A stretch of 64,000 nucleotides of DNA, from assembly GCA_013178005.1 (NCBI GenBank), contig JABLXL010000006.1, forward strand, positions 5,523 to 69,522. The letters are read 5' to 3'. The notes under the pieces were generated by a model. That model did not search any database. It saw nothing but the letters and a program-made list of their open reading frames with translations, and was not told where the DNA came from. This stretch comes from Actinomycetota bacterium (GTDB lineage: Bacteria; Actinomycetota; Geothermincolia; Geothermincolales; RBG-13-55-18). The position numbers and the translations under genes were made by a program. Positions 10,831-20,755 of this stretch are shown here, one piece after another; within the stretch, counting starts at the first letter, position 1, and the number at the start of each line of letters is the position of its first letter.

Positions 10831-11925
10831 ATGGCGTTCACGGATAGGTTGGACGAGATAGAAGGCAATTTCCTCGAGCTGGAGCGGGAACTGTCGCGGC
10901 CTGAAACCTTCCAGGACCGGCAGCGCTACGCCGAGCTGGCCCGCGCCCACGCGGAGCTCTCCGAGATCATGCCCACCCTGCGCGCCTACCGTGAGGCGGT
11001 CCGGGAGGCGCGGGAGGCGGAGGAGATGCTCGCGGGCGAGCGCGACGAGGAGATGGCGGAATTCCTCCGCGAATCCCTGCGCGCGGCCGAGGAGCGCGCG
11101 GAAGAACTGGAGCGGGAGATAAAGGTGATGCTCCTCCCCTCCGATCCTCGTGACACCAAGGACGTGATCATGGAGATCCGCGCCGGGGCGGGGGGCGAGG
11201 AGGCGGGGCTTTTCGCCGGCGACCTCTACCGCATGTACACCCGCTACGCCGACCGCAATGGCTGGAAGACGGAAGCCCTCTCGTCCAGCCCATCGGAGCT
11301 GGGGGGATTCAAGGAGATAATCTTTTCCGTGCGGGGCAAGGGCGCCTTCAGCAAGATGAAGTACGAGTCCGGCGTGCACCGCGTGCAGCGTATCCCGGTC
11401 ACCGAGTCGGGGGGGCGCATACACACCTCCACCGCCACCGTCGCGGTGCTCCCGGAAGCGGAGGAAGTGGAGGTGACCATCAACCCGTCCGATATCAAGG
11501 TGGACGTCTTCCGCTCCACCGGCCCGGGAGGGCAGTCCGTGAACACCACGGATTCCGCCGTGCGGGTGACCCACCTTCCCACGGGCATCGTGGTTTCCTG
11601 CCAGGACGAAAAGAGCCAGCTCCAGAACCGCGAGAAAGCCCTGCGCATCCTGAGGGCCCGCTTGCTGCGCATGGAACAGGAGCGGCAGCAGAAGGAGTTG
11701 GCGGAGGAGCGGCGCTCCCAGGTGGGGACGGGCGACCGATCGGAGCGTATCCGCACCTACAACTTTCCCCAGGGTCGCGTCTCCGATCATCGCATCGGCC
11801 TCACCCTCTACCGCCTGGAGGAGGTGCTGGACGGGGACCTGGAGGAGATAATCGAGGCGCTGGCCGCCGCGGACCGCGCCGAGAAACTGGCCCGCATGGG
11901 CGAGGAGCAGGGGCAAATCCGCTGA
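10831..11925 (+). CDS. prfA: Peptide chain release factor 1
   Basis: GGEEA, PVT recognition tripeptide, [17 protein letters not shown]. Confidence 0.98.
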   Translation: MAFTDRLDEIEGNFLELERELSRPETFQDRQRYAELARAHAELSEIMPTLRAYREAVREAREAEEMLAGERDEEMAEFLRESLRAAEERAEELEREIKVMLLPSDPRDTKDVIMEIRAGAGGEEAGLFAGDLYRMYTRYADRNGWKTEALSSSPSELGGFKEIIFSVRGKGAFSKMKYESGVHRVQRIPVTESGGRIHTSTATVAVLPEAEEVEVTINPSDIKVDVFRSTGPGGQSVNTTDSAVRVTHLPTGIVVSCQDEKSQLQNREKALRILRARLLRMEQERQQKELAEERRSQVGTGDRSERIRTYNFPQGRVSDHRIGLTLYRLEEVLDGDLEEIIEALAAADRAEKLARMGEEQGQIR

Positions 11926-12062
11926 TCGGGCAGCAAGATGGGCTGTTGGACTCGTATGGCCCCCTGGCCAGAAGGTGTGGGCAGAGGGGAGGGCGGGTCG
12001 GGGTGCCGCGCGTGAGTTTAATCAAAGGGTGATCTCCCGGGATCTTTCCCTTCAGGCCGGGA

Positions 12063-12291
12063 ATCCGGGAGACTCGAGACAACAAATGGTGGTCCTTGAA
12101 GAGGGTAGCCCCGTGATCCTTTAATCCAAGAGGATACAGGGAAGGTTGGAGGCCCCGCGCGGGGAGTGTTGAAATCGAACTTCCTGGGAGGACTAACCAA
12201 AGACTTATTATCCGGGAGACTCGAGACAACAAATGGTGGTCCTTGAAGAGGGTAGCCCCCGTGATCTTCCCCCCAACTGGATACAGGGAAG
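12063..12291. repeat. Two-copy intergenic direct repeat (about 80 bp, period 147 bp)
   Basis: atccgggagactcgagacaacaaatggtggtccttgaagagggtagcccc occurs at 12063 and 12210; each copy is followed by gtgatc and, further on, ggatacagggaag. Confidence 0.9.
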
Positions 12292-12405
12292 ATACAAGGT
12301 CCAGACCGGGGAGGTTTCATGGGGCCGGGGCGCGAACGTGTGCCTTGCACGGACGGAAGGTCAATAGATTTGGAAAACAAGCAATCCTTGGAAGAGGGCA
12401 ACGCC

Positions 12406-13266
12406 ATGAGCCTCATCGCCTGGGCGGCGGGGAGGCTGGAGCGCAGCGGCGTCTCCAGGCCGAGGCTCAATGCTGAGCTGTTGCTCGCGCACTGCACCGG
12501 GATGAGCCGGGTCGAACTCTATGCGCATTCGGAGAGGCCTGTCCCACGTAAGGAGAGGGAGAGCTTCGCCGCCGCCGTGGAGCGCAGGGCGGCCAGGGAG
12601 CCGCTCCAGTACATCACGGGAAGCAAGGGCTTCCGTTACCTGGATATTCACGTGGACAGGAGGGTGCTTATCCCCCGCCCGGAAACGGAGCTGCTGGCCC
12701 AGGTTGCCATAGAGGCCGCCGCAGCCATGGGCGGCCACCCGGTGGTGGTGGACGTGGGCACGGGCTCGGGATGCGTGGCTCTCTCCGTGGCGCGCGAATG
12801 TCCCGCTGCGGTGGTCTATGCCACCGACATCAGCGACGACTCCCTGGAGGTGGCGCACGCCAACGCGGCGAGGCAGGGCATGGAGGATCTGGTGGCTTTC
12901 CGCCGTGGGGACCTGTTGGATGCCCTGGAGGGCGAGCTGCTCGGCAGGCTGGACATCGTGGCCAGCAACCCCCCTTATATCAGGGAAAACGAGTTCCCCT
13001 TCCTTCCCCCCGAGGTAAGGGAACACGAGCCGTACGCCGCGCTGGTGGCGGGCCCCACGGGGATGGAGGTTCACCTGCGTCTCATGGAGCAGGCTTTATC
13101 GTGGCTTTCGCCGGAAGGGATCCTGTTCATGGAGGGGGGCGCCGACCAGGTGGAGCGGCTGGTCGAGGAGGCGCTTCGCATGGGCTACGAGGAGGCGCGG
13201 GCCCACGCGGACCTCAACCGCCTGCCGCGCGTGCTGGAAGCGCGCAAGCGAAGAAGACCTTCCTGA
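12406..13266 (+). CDS. prmC: Release factor glutamine methyltransferase
   Basis: EPLQYI, VLIPRPETE, DVGTGSG, SNPPYI. Start uncertain (12319 or 12406). Confidence 0.95.
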   Translation: MSLIAWAAGRLERSGVSRPRLNAELLLAHCTGMSRVELYAHSERPVPRKERESFAAAVERRAAREPLQYITGSKGFRYLDIHVDRRVLIPRPETELLAQVAIEAAAAMGGHPVVVDVGTGSGCVALSVARECPAAVVYATDISDDSLEVAHANAARQGMEDLVAFRRGDLLDALEGELLGRLDIVASNPPYIRENEFPFLPPEVREHEPYAALVAGPTGMEVHLRLMEQALSWLSPEGILFMEGGADQVERLVEEALRMGYEEARAHADLNRLPRVLEARKRRRPS

Positions 13267-13400
13267 CACCGCATCGCGCTGCCGAGTCGTCTCGATGGGC
13301 GCTTCACGGGCTGAAGGGGAATGGGCTGTCGCGCCAGCGTCGCGTGGATGCGCGGGCCTGACGAAGGCATGACGCCGGTGCGGAACGGGAACCTCGCGGT

Positions 13401-13430
13401 TTGACCTTTCGAGAGAGATTTACCTACAAT
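13401..13430 (+). promoter_or_regulatory. Sigma70-like promoter of the M23 peptidase gene
   Basis: TTGACC-N18-TACAAT, 35 bp upstream of the ORF. Confidence 0.5.
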
Positions 13431-13464
13431 AATACAGTAGTGTTGTAAGGCAAGGCGGTATTGC

Positions 13465-14553
13465 GTGATTCGTAAGGTTGAGAGGAAAAGGCGGAAGCTC
13501 TCGGTCCTCTTTATAAAATTTACCCTTTTTCTGGTAATCGCTACGCTGTTCGTGCTCCAGTCCGCCCCTCCCCTGGGGGCGGATTCCATCAGCGAGAAGA
13601 AAGAGCAGGCGCGCCGAGTCGAGCAACAGCTCAACTCCCTGCAGGCCGAGCTGAACCGGCTCACCTCCGAGCTCAGCCAGACCCAGTCGCGGCTCGCGGC
13701 GGTGGAGGCGAAGATAGAGGCCAACCAGGCCCAATTGGCGCAGGCGGAGGCCGAGTACCAGCGATGGCAGGGGATACTCTCGGATCGCGTGGTGGCCATG
13801 TACAAGGAGGGCAATACCACCGCGCTCGACGTGCTCCTGGAGTGCGACGACTTCGAGACCTTCGTCAACTCCTACTCCTACATGACCCGCATCGGCAACC
13901 ACGACGCGGAGGCCATCCAGAGCGCGCAGAACCTCATGGCGGAGATCAAGGCCAGGAGGGCGGAGCTGGAAAGCGCGAAGGCCGAGTACCAGGCGTATTC
14001 AAGCAACCTGCAGAGCCAGAGGAGCGCCGTCCAGAGCAAACTCAATGAGCAGAAAGCCATCCTTGCCGGCATCGACGCGGAGGTCGCCTCCCTTCTCAGC
14101 AAGAGGTATGGCGGCGGGGGCGGAGGAAGCAGCGGAGGCGGAACGGGCTGGAACATCGGCCCGGTGAACGGCCTCTACTTCCCGGTCGCGGGTCCGCACA
14201 GCTACGTAAACGACTGGGGGGCGCCGCGCTCGGTGGGGCGCACGCATAAGGGCTGCGATATCATGGCCGACTACGGCACCCCCTGCGTGGCCATCACCAG
14301 CGGCACGGTGGTGCAGCGCAGGGGAGGAAACGCCGGGCTCTACGTCTTCCTCTACGGCGACAACGGCCATCTTTATTACTATATGCACCTACAAAGCTAC
14401 GGCGCCTCGGGAAGGGTGAGCGCGGGAGAGGTGATAGGCTACGTGGGAGACACCGGAAACGCGCGCGGTTGCCCTCACCTCCACTTCGAGTGGCATCCCA
14501 ACGGCGGCGCCGCCGTCAACCCCTACCCACTCCTTGTGGCCATCGACCGCTAG
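13465..14553 (+). CDS. Secreted coiled-coil M23 family peptidoglycan endopeptidase
   Basis: Signal peptide, long coiled coil, Gly-rich linker, HKGCD and HLH (PHLHFE) M23 zinc motifs. Confidence 0.9.
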   Translation: MIRKVERKRRKLSVLFIKFTLFLVIATLFVLQSAPPLGADSISEKKEQARRVEQQLNSLQAELNRLTSELSQTQSRLAAVEAKIEANQAQLAQAEAEYQRWQGILSDRVVAMYKEGNTTALDVLLECDDFETFVNSYSYMTRIGNHDAEAIQSAQNLMAEIKARRAELESAKAEYQAYSSNLQSQRSAVQSKLNEQKAILAGIDAEVASLLSKRYGGGGGGSSGGGTGWNIGPVNGLYFPVAGPHSYVNDWGAPRSVGRTHKGCDIMADYGTPCVAITSGTVVQRRGGNAGLYVFLYGDNGHLYYYMHLQSYGASGRVSAGEVIGYVGDTGNARGCPHLHFEWHPNGGAAVNPYPLLVAIDR

Positions 14554-14698
14554 GGATCGGTGCTCGCTTGCCGTGCGCCCCGGCGCTTCGCATGGATATC
14601 GGTACATCGCATGCTTATAACGGTTAATCCTCCGCCGCCCGTCGGAAGCCACGGCATGCAAAAACGGGATCTGAGTCAGGTGCGTTGCGCCGTTACCT

Positions 14699-15775
14699 TC
14701 AGTCCGCATTGATGCCCGCCAGCGCGCACAGTCGCTGCAGGTCGATGTTTTCGTCCATCAGGTTGCGCAGGCGCTCCAGCTTCGCCGGTTCGTGGGTGCG
14801 CGCGCTGCGGATGATCTTCTCCGCGCTTTCGGCGGCGGTGAAGGTGTCCGCGCCCACCAGGATGACGGGCACTCCCAGCTCTTCCGCCCGGCTCAAGATG
14901 ATGCTGGTGGGATAGAGGTTCCCGGAAAGTACTATGCAACGGGCCCCGGCCTCCAGGGCCGCGAGCTGGATGTCGCTGCGGTCACCCCCCGTTACCACGC
15001 AGAAGTTGCTGTGCCTGCGGAAGATGGAGAGCGCGTGTTCGGTCCCCATGGCTCCCACCACCACGTCCTCCACCAGTTTGTCCAGGGACTCCTCGCCGCA
15101 TAGCACACGGCCGTTGAGCAGGCGTGAAAGGTCGCCCACGTTTATGGAGCGGAGCAAGCGGTCGCTGGGGAGCGCGCCGAGCACGGCGATTCCCTCCGCC
15201 TCCAGGCGGGGCGTCAGAAGCTCCTTTATGAAGGTCTCGCGGTTGGGGTCAACCATGTTGAAGATCACTCCAACAAGGCTCGAGCCGATATCGTCATGCA
15301 GTGCCAGGACGTTATCGGCGATGATCACATCCCTGAAGCGCTCAACCATCAACGCCTTCGCCCCGAGGACGGGTATGAGATGGCGGGCCGAAAGGCCGAG
15401 GAACCAGCCCTGCACGGATGTATATCCTCCCTGGACCAGCACCACGTCTTTTCCCTCCTTCACGCGGTCGAAGGCGCCCTCTATCCGCTTCAGCAGCGCG
15501 TCCTTATCCCGCTCTCCCCGCAGGCTGCCCCTGACCAGTTCCGGCGTGATGACCAGGGGACAGACGTCGTCGAGGTCCTCCGAGAGTCCCAGGGTCTCGC
15601 GGATGAGGTATGCGTCCTCGTCGGTGACCCTTCCGTCTTTCTCGAAATGGCGGTACCCCAGGGGTTTGAAATAACCCACCCGCAGCCCTCGTCGCTGCAT
15701 GTGCAGCGCCAGCCCTATGCATACCGTATGCAGTCCCGAAAGCCCGGCGGACGAAACAAGATAAAGGGGTACCAT
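14699..15775 (-). CDS. Phosphotransacetylase N-terminal-like protein (BioD-like plus DRTGG domain, no catalytic Pta domain)
   Basis: VGYFKP, VGAM, VTGGDRSDIQLAALE. True start is MVPLYLVSS at 15775. Confidence 0.85.
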   Translation of the reverse strand: MVPLYLVSSAGLSGLHTVCIGLALHMQRRGLRVGYFKPLGYRHFEKDGRVTDEDAYLIRETLGLSEDLDDVCPLVITPELVRGSLRGERDKDALLKRIEGAFDRVKEGKDVVLVQGGYTSVQGWFLGLSARHLIPVLGAKALMVERFRDVIIADNVLALHDDIGSSLVGVIFNMVDPNRETFIKELLTPRLEAEGIAVLGALPSDRLLRSINVGDLSRLLNGRVLCGEESLDKLVEDVVVGAMGTEHALSIFRRHSNFCVVTGGDRSDIQLAALEAGARCIVLSGNLYPTSIILSRAEELGVPVILVGADTFTAAESAEKIIRSARTHEPAKLERLRNLMDENIDLQRLCALAGINAD

Positions 15776-15780
15776 GGTCC

Positions 15781-17919
15781 TCACTCCTCCAAGACGATCC
15801 TGGCGTCGGCTGCCAGGCAGCCCTTGCCGTTCTCCAGCACCCGCAGGGGGTTTATATCGAGCTCGCTGATGTTTTCGAAATCCGTGACCATTTGAGATAC
15901 GCGCAGGATGCACTCCACCGCGGCATCGATGTCGGCGGGACTCTCCCCGCGCGCGCCCCGCAGCAGCCAGTAGCTCTTGAGCTCCCGGATCATGTCCCTC
16001 GCTTCCTCCTCGCTCACGGGCGCCAGTCGGAAGCTCACGTCCTTGAGCACCTCCACGTATATCCCGCCCAGGCCCACCATGAGGAGCGGCCCGAACTGGC
16101 GGTCGCGGTTCATGCCCAGTATGAGCTCGTGGGAGGGCGGAAGCATCTCCTGCACCAGGACCCCCCAGATCTCGGCGCTCGGGAAAAACCTGCGCGCGTT
16201 CGAGGTCACCCTCTCGTAGGCGGTGATGAGGTCGTCGGTGTTCTCGATGCCCACCACCACTCCTCCCACGTCGGTCTTGTGCAGGATCTGGGGGGAGGCG
16301 ATCTTCACCACCACGGGATAACCCATACCCCTCGCGGCCTTGATGCATTCCTCCAGGTTGGTGGCGAGGACGGTGCGGGCGACGGGCAGCCCGTAGGCGG
16401 ACAGGACCTCGCGCGCCTCCACCTCGATGAGCTCCTTGCGCCCCTGCGCCCTCACGGCATCCATCACCTTCATGGCCTTCCCCTTGTCCGCGTCGAAACG
16501 CACTTGGGTGTCGGCGCGGCGGGACAGGAAGTCCCGGTATTCCTTCATGCGCCGAAGCACGTTGACCGCGTCTTCCGGATACTGGAAACAGGGTATGTTG
16601 GCCTTTCTAAGCACGGCCTCCGCTTCCGCCACCTCGGCGCCGCCCATGAAAGCGGCCAGGACCGTCTTCTCCGTTTCCCCGGCGCACGCGGCGAGGGCAA
16701 GAGCGGTTTCCTTCGCCCGGGTGGTGGCCTGGGGGGTGAGGATGACGATGAGGGCGTCGACGCCGGGATCAGCGAGCACGCACTCCACCGCCAGGCGGTA
16801 GCGGTCCTCGCCCGCGTCGCCCAGCACGTCCACGGGGTTATAGACGCTCGCCGCCTCCGGGAGCCCCTCGCGCAGCCTCTGCGTGGTCTCCTCGCCCAGG
16901 GCGGCGAGGGAGAGCCCGCTGCGTTCCAGGGCGTCGGAGGTGATAATACCCGGTCCCCCCGCGTTAGTCACTACCGCGACGTTCGTGCCCTTCGGCGGGT
17001 GCTGGGAGGAGAAGCCTCGGCAGAGAGCGTAGAGCTCCTCCACCGTCTCCGCCCGCACCACCCCGCACCTGCGGAAAGCCGCGACGTAGGCGTTCTCGGA
17101 GCCCGCCAGGGTGCCGGTATGCGAGGAGACGGCGCGGGCGCCGGCCTGGGTTATGCCGGCCTTGAAAACGACCACCGGTTTGGTGCGGGAGACGCGGGAT
17201 GCCACTTCCAGGAATCGCTTTCCGTCGGAGACGCCCTCGAGATAAGCGGAGATGACCGAGGTGTTGGCGTCGGCCTCCAGCACCTCGAGCATGTCGCTCT
17301 CGTCGATATCCATCTTGTTGCCGAGGCTTATGAAACGCGAGAACCCCAAGCCGTACTCCTCGGACATGCTCAGCACCGCCGTGCACAAAGCGCCCGACTG
17401 GGACATGAAGGCGACCCTTCCCACGGCGGGAGCGCGGGTGGCGAAGGTGGCGTTGATGGGAGTGTAGGTGTCGGCGAGGCCGAGGCAGTTCGGCCCCAGC
17501 ACCCTAATGTCGTACTTCTCCGCCGCGCGGCGGAGCTCGGCCTCGCGCCGGTACCCCTCGCGGCCGGATTCCTTGAATCCGGCGGAGATGATCACGGCGC
17601 CCCGCACCCCGCGTTCCCCGCACTCCTCTATTACCGATTGCACCGCGGGCGCGGGAACGATGACCATGGCGAGCTCGGGCACCTCCGGCAAGCGGGCGAC
17701 GGAAGGATAGCAGGGAAGCCCCATGACCCTTTCGTGCGAAGGGTTGACGGGAAAGACCTTGCCCGTATAGCCGGATTTGATGATGTTCTCGAGCACCACC
17801 GTCCCAACCTTGCCCGGCTTATCCGAGGCCCCGATCACCGCCACAGATGCCGGTTTGAACAGTTCCTCGAGCAGTTTGAACCTCCTTCCCGCGTGCCTTT
17901 CATGCCCCTTCGCACCCAA
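15781..17919 (-). CDS. ADP-forming acyl/acetate-CoA ligase, fused alpha-beta subunits
   Basis: SVAVIGAS, ISAGFKE, GPNCLG, SQSGA, SSHTG (phospho-His), TNAGG, HKTDVGGV, ELDINPL. Exact start uncertain. Confidence 0.92.
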   Translation of the reverse strand: MGAKGHERHAGRRFKLLEELFKPASVAVIGASDKPGKVGTVVLENIIKSGYTGKVFPVNPSHERVMGLPCYPSVARLPEVPELAMVIVPAPAVQSVIEECGERGVRGAVIISAGFKESGREGYRREAELRRAAEKYDIRVLGPNCLGLADTYTPINATFATRAPAVGRVAFMSQSGALCTAVLSMSEEYGLGFSRFISLGNKMDIDESDMLEVLEADANTSVISAYLEGVSDGKRFLEVASRVSRTKPVVVFKAGITQAGARAVSSHTGTLAGSENAYVAAFRRCGVVRAETVEELYALCRGFSSQHPPKGTNVAVVTNAGGPGIITSDALERSGLSLAALGEETTQRLREGLPEAASVYNPVDVLGDAGEDRYRLAVECVLADPGVDALIVILTPQATTRAKETALALAACAGETEKTVLAAFMGGAEVAEAEAVLRKANIPCFQYPEDAVNVLRRMKEYRDFLSRRADTQVRFDADKGKAMKVMDAVRAQGRKELIEVEAREVLSAYGLPVARTVLATNLEECIKAARGMGYPVVVKIASPQILHKTDVGGVVVGIENTDDLITAYERVTSNARRFFPSAEIWGVLVQEMLPPSHELILGMNRDRQFGPLLMVGLGGIYVEVLKDVSFRLAPVSEEEARDMIRELKSYWLLRGARGESPADIDAAVECILRVSQMVTDFENISELDINPLRVLENGKGCLAADARIVLEE

Positions 17920-18005
17920 ACATTATACCCGTCGTTCTGGTGGTTTATACTATTGGACTAGAAAAAGATGCCTCTGAGAAGCGGACATTAAAGGCGTGAG
18001 GGGTT

Positions 18006-20036
18006 ATGAACCACAATGAGATCGTAAACTTTATCTGGGGAGTGGCGGATCTTATCCGCGACACCTTCAAGCGCGGCAAGTATCAGGATGTGATATTGCC
18101 CCTGACCGTCCTGAGACGGATCGATTGCGTGCTTGCTCCAACCAAGGAGAATGTGCTTAAAACCAACGAAAAGTACAGGAAGGATCTCGAGAACCTGGAT
18201 CCTATGCTGCGTAAAGCCTCAGGATATGCTTTCTACAACACGTCTCTTTATGATTTCGAAAAGCTGCTGGCTGACGCTCCCAATCTTGCCTCAAACCTGC
18301 GCAACTATATCGGCGGCTTCAGCCCAAATATGCGCGAGGTTCTGGAGAAGTTCGACTTCGACAACACCATCTCCAAGCTGGACGAGGCCGGTCTATTGTT
18401 CAAGGTGCTGGAACGCTTCAAGAACGTGGATCTTCATCCCGATGCGGTTGATAACCATGCCATGGGTTCTGTTTTCGAGGAACTCATCAGGAAATTCAAC
18501 GAAGCTCTTAACGAAAACCCAGGCGAGCACTTCACCCCCCGCGATGTGGTCTATCTCATGGCCAAATTGCTCATCGCTGGCGATGCCAACATCCTCAGTA
18601 GGGAAGGGGCGATCGTAACCGTCTACGATCCCTGTTGCGGCACTGGTGGGATGCTCACCATCACCAAGGAAGAGATACTCGGTTTCAATCCCCATGCCGA
18701 CGTCCATCTCTTCGGCCAGGAGGTGAATCCCGAGACGTTCGCGGTATGCAAGTCGGACCTTTTCATGAAGGAGCCCACCGGCAGGGATGCGGACAACATC
18801 GCCTTTGGGAGCACGCTTTCCAACGACCGCCACAGTGACCGACGCTTCGATTACCTGATAACCAACCCACCTTACGGTAAAGATTGGAAAAGAGATGAGG
18901 AGGAGGTGCGCTGGGAGCATGAGCGAGGCTCGGCGGGGCGCTTCGAGGCAGGGCTGCCGCGCATCAGCGACGGGCAACTGCTATTCCTCCAACATATGCT
19001 CTCCCACATGAAACCGGTCGAGGAGGGAGGATCAAGAGTATGTATCATTATGAATGGGTCTCCCCTTTTCACCGGCGACGCCGGAAGTGGTGAGAGCGAG
19101 ATAAGGCGGTGGGTTCTCGAGAACGACTGGCTTGATGCGATTATCGCCCTGCCTGAACAGCTCTTTTACAACACGGGCATCGCCACTTATATTTGGGTCC
19201 TGACAAACAGGAAAGAGCAGAGGCGGAGAGGGAAGGTCCTTCTCATCAACGCGACCTCCCTTTGGGAGCCCATGGAGAGAAGCCTGGGTGACAAGAGACG
19301 CAGGATATCCGATGGGCAGGCCCACCATATAATACGCCTTTACAACGCATACCGGGAAAGGGAGGATTGCCGCATTTTCCCGTACACCCATTTCGGTTAC
19401 CGCAAGATAACCGTGGAACGGCCCCTGCGCCTCAACTTCCAGTCAAGCCCCGAGCGAATCGCCCGACTCGAGGACGAAAAGGTCTTTCAAAACCTGGCGG
19501 TGAGCAAGAAGAAGGATCCGAAGGCCAGGGAAAAGGAGGAAGCGGAGGGGCGGGCCAGGCAGGAGGCGATATTGGCCATGCTAAGCGACATGCCCCAAGA
19601 CCTGTTCAAGGAAAGAGAGCCGTTCCTGGAGGCGCTGAAAGAAGCAGAGCGCAAAAGCGGGATCAAGCTGGCCGCGCCCCTGCGCAAGGCGATTCTCTCG
19701 GCGCTGTCGGAGAGGGATGAGACCGCCGGGATCTGCCGGGACGGGGAGGGTAACCCGGAGCCGGACCCGGAGCTGAGGGACACCGAGAACGTTCCTCTCT
19801 CCGAGACAGTCGAGGATTATTTCATCCGAGAGGTCAAGCCATACATGCCGGACGCGTGGATCAACGAGGGCATAAGAGACCATAAGGATGGAGAGGTCGG
19901 CAAGGTCGGCTACGAGATAAACTTCAACCGCTATTTCTATAAGTACGAGCCTCCCCGCCCCCTGGAGGAGATAGAGGCGGATATCCGAGAGCTGGAGCGA
20001 GAGATAACGCGCAAGCTGCGCGAGATAAGCCGGTAG
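18006..20036 (+). CDS. hsdM: Type I restriction-modification methyltransferase subunit M (m6A)
   Basis: GEHFTPRDVV, YDPCCGTGG (SAM binding), NPPY, LFYNTGI, GYEINFNRYFY. Confidence 0.96.
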   Translation: MNHNEIVNFIWGVADLIRDTFKRGKYQDVILPLTVLRRIDCVLAPTKENVLKTNEKYRKDLENLDPMLRKASGYAFYNTSLYDFEKLLADAPNLASNLRNYIGGFSPNMREVLEKFDFDNTISKLDEAGLLFKVLERFKNVDLHPDAVDNHAMGSVFEELIRKFNEALNENPGEHFTPRDVVYLMAKLLIAGDANILSREGAIVTVYDPCCGTGGMLTITKEEILGFNPHADVHLFGQEVNPETFAVCKSDLFMKEPTGRDADNIAFGSTLSNDRHSDRRFDYLITNPPYGKDWKRDEEEVRWEHERGSAGRFEAGLPRISDGQLLFLQHMLSHMKPVEEGGSRVCIIMNGSPLFTGDAGSGESEIRRWVLENDWLDAIIALPEQLFYNTGIATYIWVLTNRKEQRRRGKVLLINATSLWEPMERSLGDKRRRISDGQAHHIIRLYNAYREREDCRIFPYTHFGYRKITVERPLRLNFQSSPERIARLEDEKVFQNLAVSKKKDPKAREKEEAEGRARQEAILAMLSDMPQDLFKEREPFLEALKEAERKSGIKLAAPLRKAILSALSERDETAGICRDGEGNPEPDPELRDTENVPLSETVEDYFIREVKPYMPDAWINEGIRDHKDGEVGKVGYEINFNRYFYKYEPPRPLEEIEADIRELEREITRKLREISR

Positions 20037-20050
20037 CACTAGGCATCCCT

Positions 20051-20098
20051 TTTAAATAAATGTCGGCATATAATATTGATTGCCGATATTTATTTAAA
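20051..20098. promoter_or_regulatory. 18-bp inverted repeat flanking a TATAAT; probable AbiEi operator and promoter
   Basis: tttaaataaatgtcggca (20051-20068), a 12-bp spacer beginning TATAAT, then tgccgatatttatttaaa (20081-20098); the arms differ by one mismatch. Confidence 0.75.
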
Positions 20099-20137
20099 TA
20101 TACTGGTGACAGTAGGTTCCTTAGGCACGAAAGCTGA

Positions 20138-20755
20138 ATGGCAATCTCGATGAATAAGGCTGACCTGACCCTGGAAGAGCTTAGGAGTGTCGGCGCCGGT
20201 GCGTTCTTCCGGCCCTCGCATGCCGAAGCCCTGGGAATTTCGTTCTACATGCTCCAGCGCATGGTCGAACAGGGACTGGTCGAAAAGGTCGCCAGGGGGC
20301 TGTACCGGCTGAACGCGGTCGAGCCCACCGAGCATTATTCCATGGCCGCTGTCTGCGCCCTGGTCCCCAGGGCAGTCGTTTGCCTCCTTTCGGCCTTGCA
20401 CTATCATGGTATAGGCACTAGGCTTTCGCGCGAGATATGGATCGCCATCCCCCATAAGGCGAGGGCGCCGCGAATACATGGGTTCCCCGTAAGGATCGTA
20501 CGTTTTTCGGGCCCTTCGGAGAAGTACGGGGTTGTTCCCTTCACCGTTGAGGGCGTGCCCACGCGTATAACGTCGCCAGCCCGCACAGTGGTCGATTGCT
20601 TCCGCTTCCGGCGTCTGGTGGGAAAGGAAACCGCCCTGGAGGCTTTGCGTGAGACCCTGCGGGAAGGAAAGGCGAGCGTGGACGAGATCATGCGCGCTGC
20701 CGAGGTGTGCGGTGCGAGGGCGCTCGTCGTACCCTACCTTGAGGGGATGGCCTGA
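20138..20755 (+). CDS. abiEi: AbiEi-family type IV antitoxin / winged-helix transcriptional regulator
   Basis: EKVARGLY, VCLLSALHYHG, ARTVVDCFRFR, ALEALR; overlaps the toxin start. Confidence 0.88.
   Translation: MAISMNKADLTLEELRSVGAGAFFRPSHAEALGISFYMLQRMVEQGLVEKVARGLYRLNAVEPTEHYSMAAVCALVPRAVVCLLSALHYHGIGTRLSREIWIAIPHKARAPRIHGFPVRIVRFSGPSEKYGVVPFTVEGVPTRITSPARTVVDCFRFRRLVGKETALEALRETLREGKASVDEIMRAAEVCGARALVVPYLEGMA

Noticed and set aside
12063-12291. CRISPR mini-array or coding repeat (ORFs 11801-12232 and 12018-12497 on the minus strand)
   Set aside because: Only two long copies; the antisense ORFs overlap prfA or prmC and have no recognisable protein features.
13270-13460. c-di-AMP (ydaO) riboswitch upstream of the M23 peptidase
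   Set aside because: Plausible given disA, but the characteristic GCTGAATCC and GGGGTGAA elements are not seen and the promoter sits too close to the ORF.
15776-16348. 5' extension of the 549-aa DRTGG ORF
   Set aside because: Out-of-frame overlap with the acyl-CoA ligase gene; the true start is 15775, with an RBS in the ligase 3' end.
15892-17961. 689-aa plus-strand ORF (also 5945-7846, 7915-9276, 10678-11916 and 27357-28994 on the minus strand)
   Set aside because: Antisense shadows of well-supported genes, expected from high-GC codon bias.
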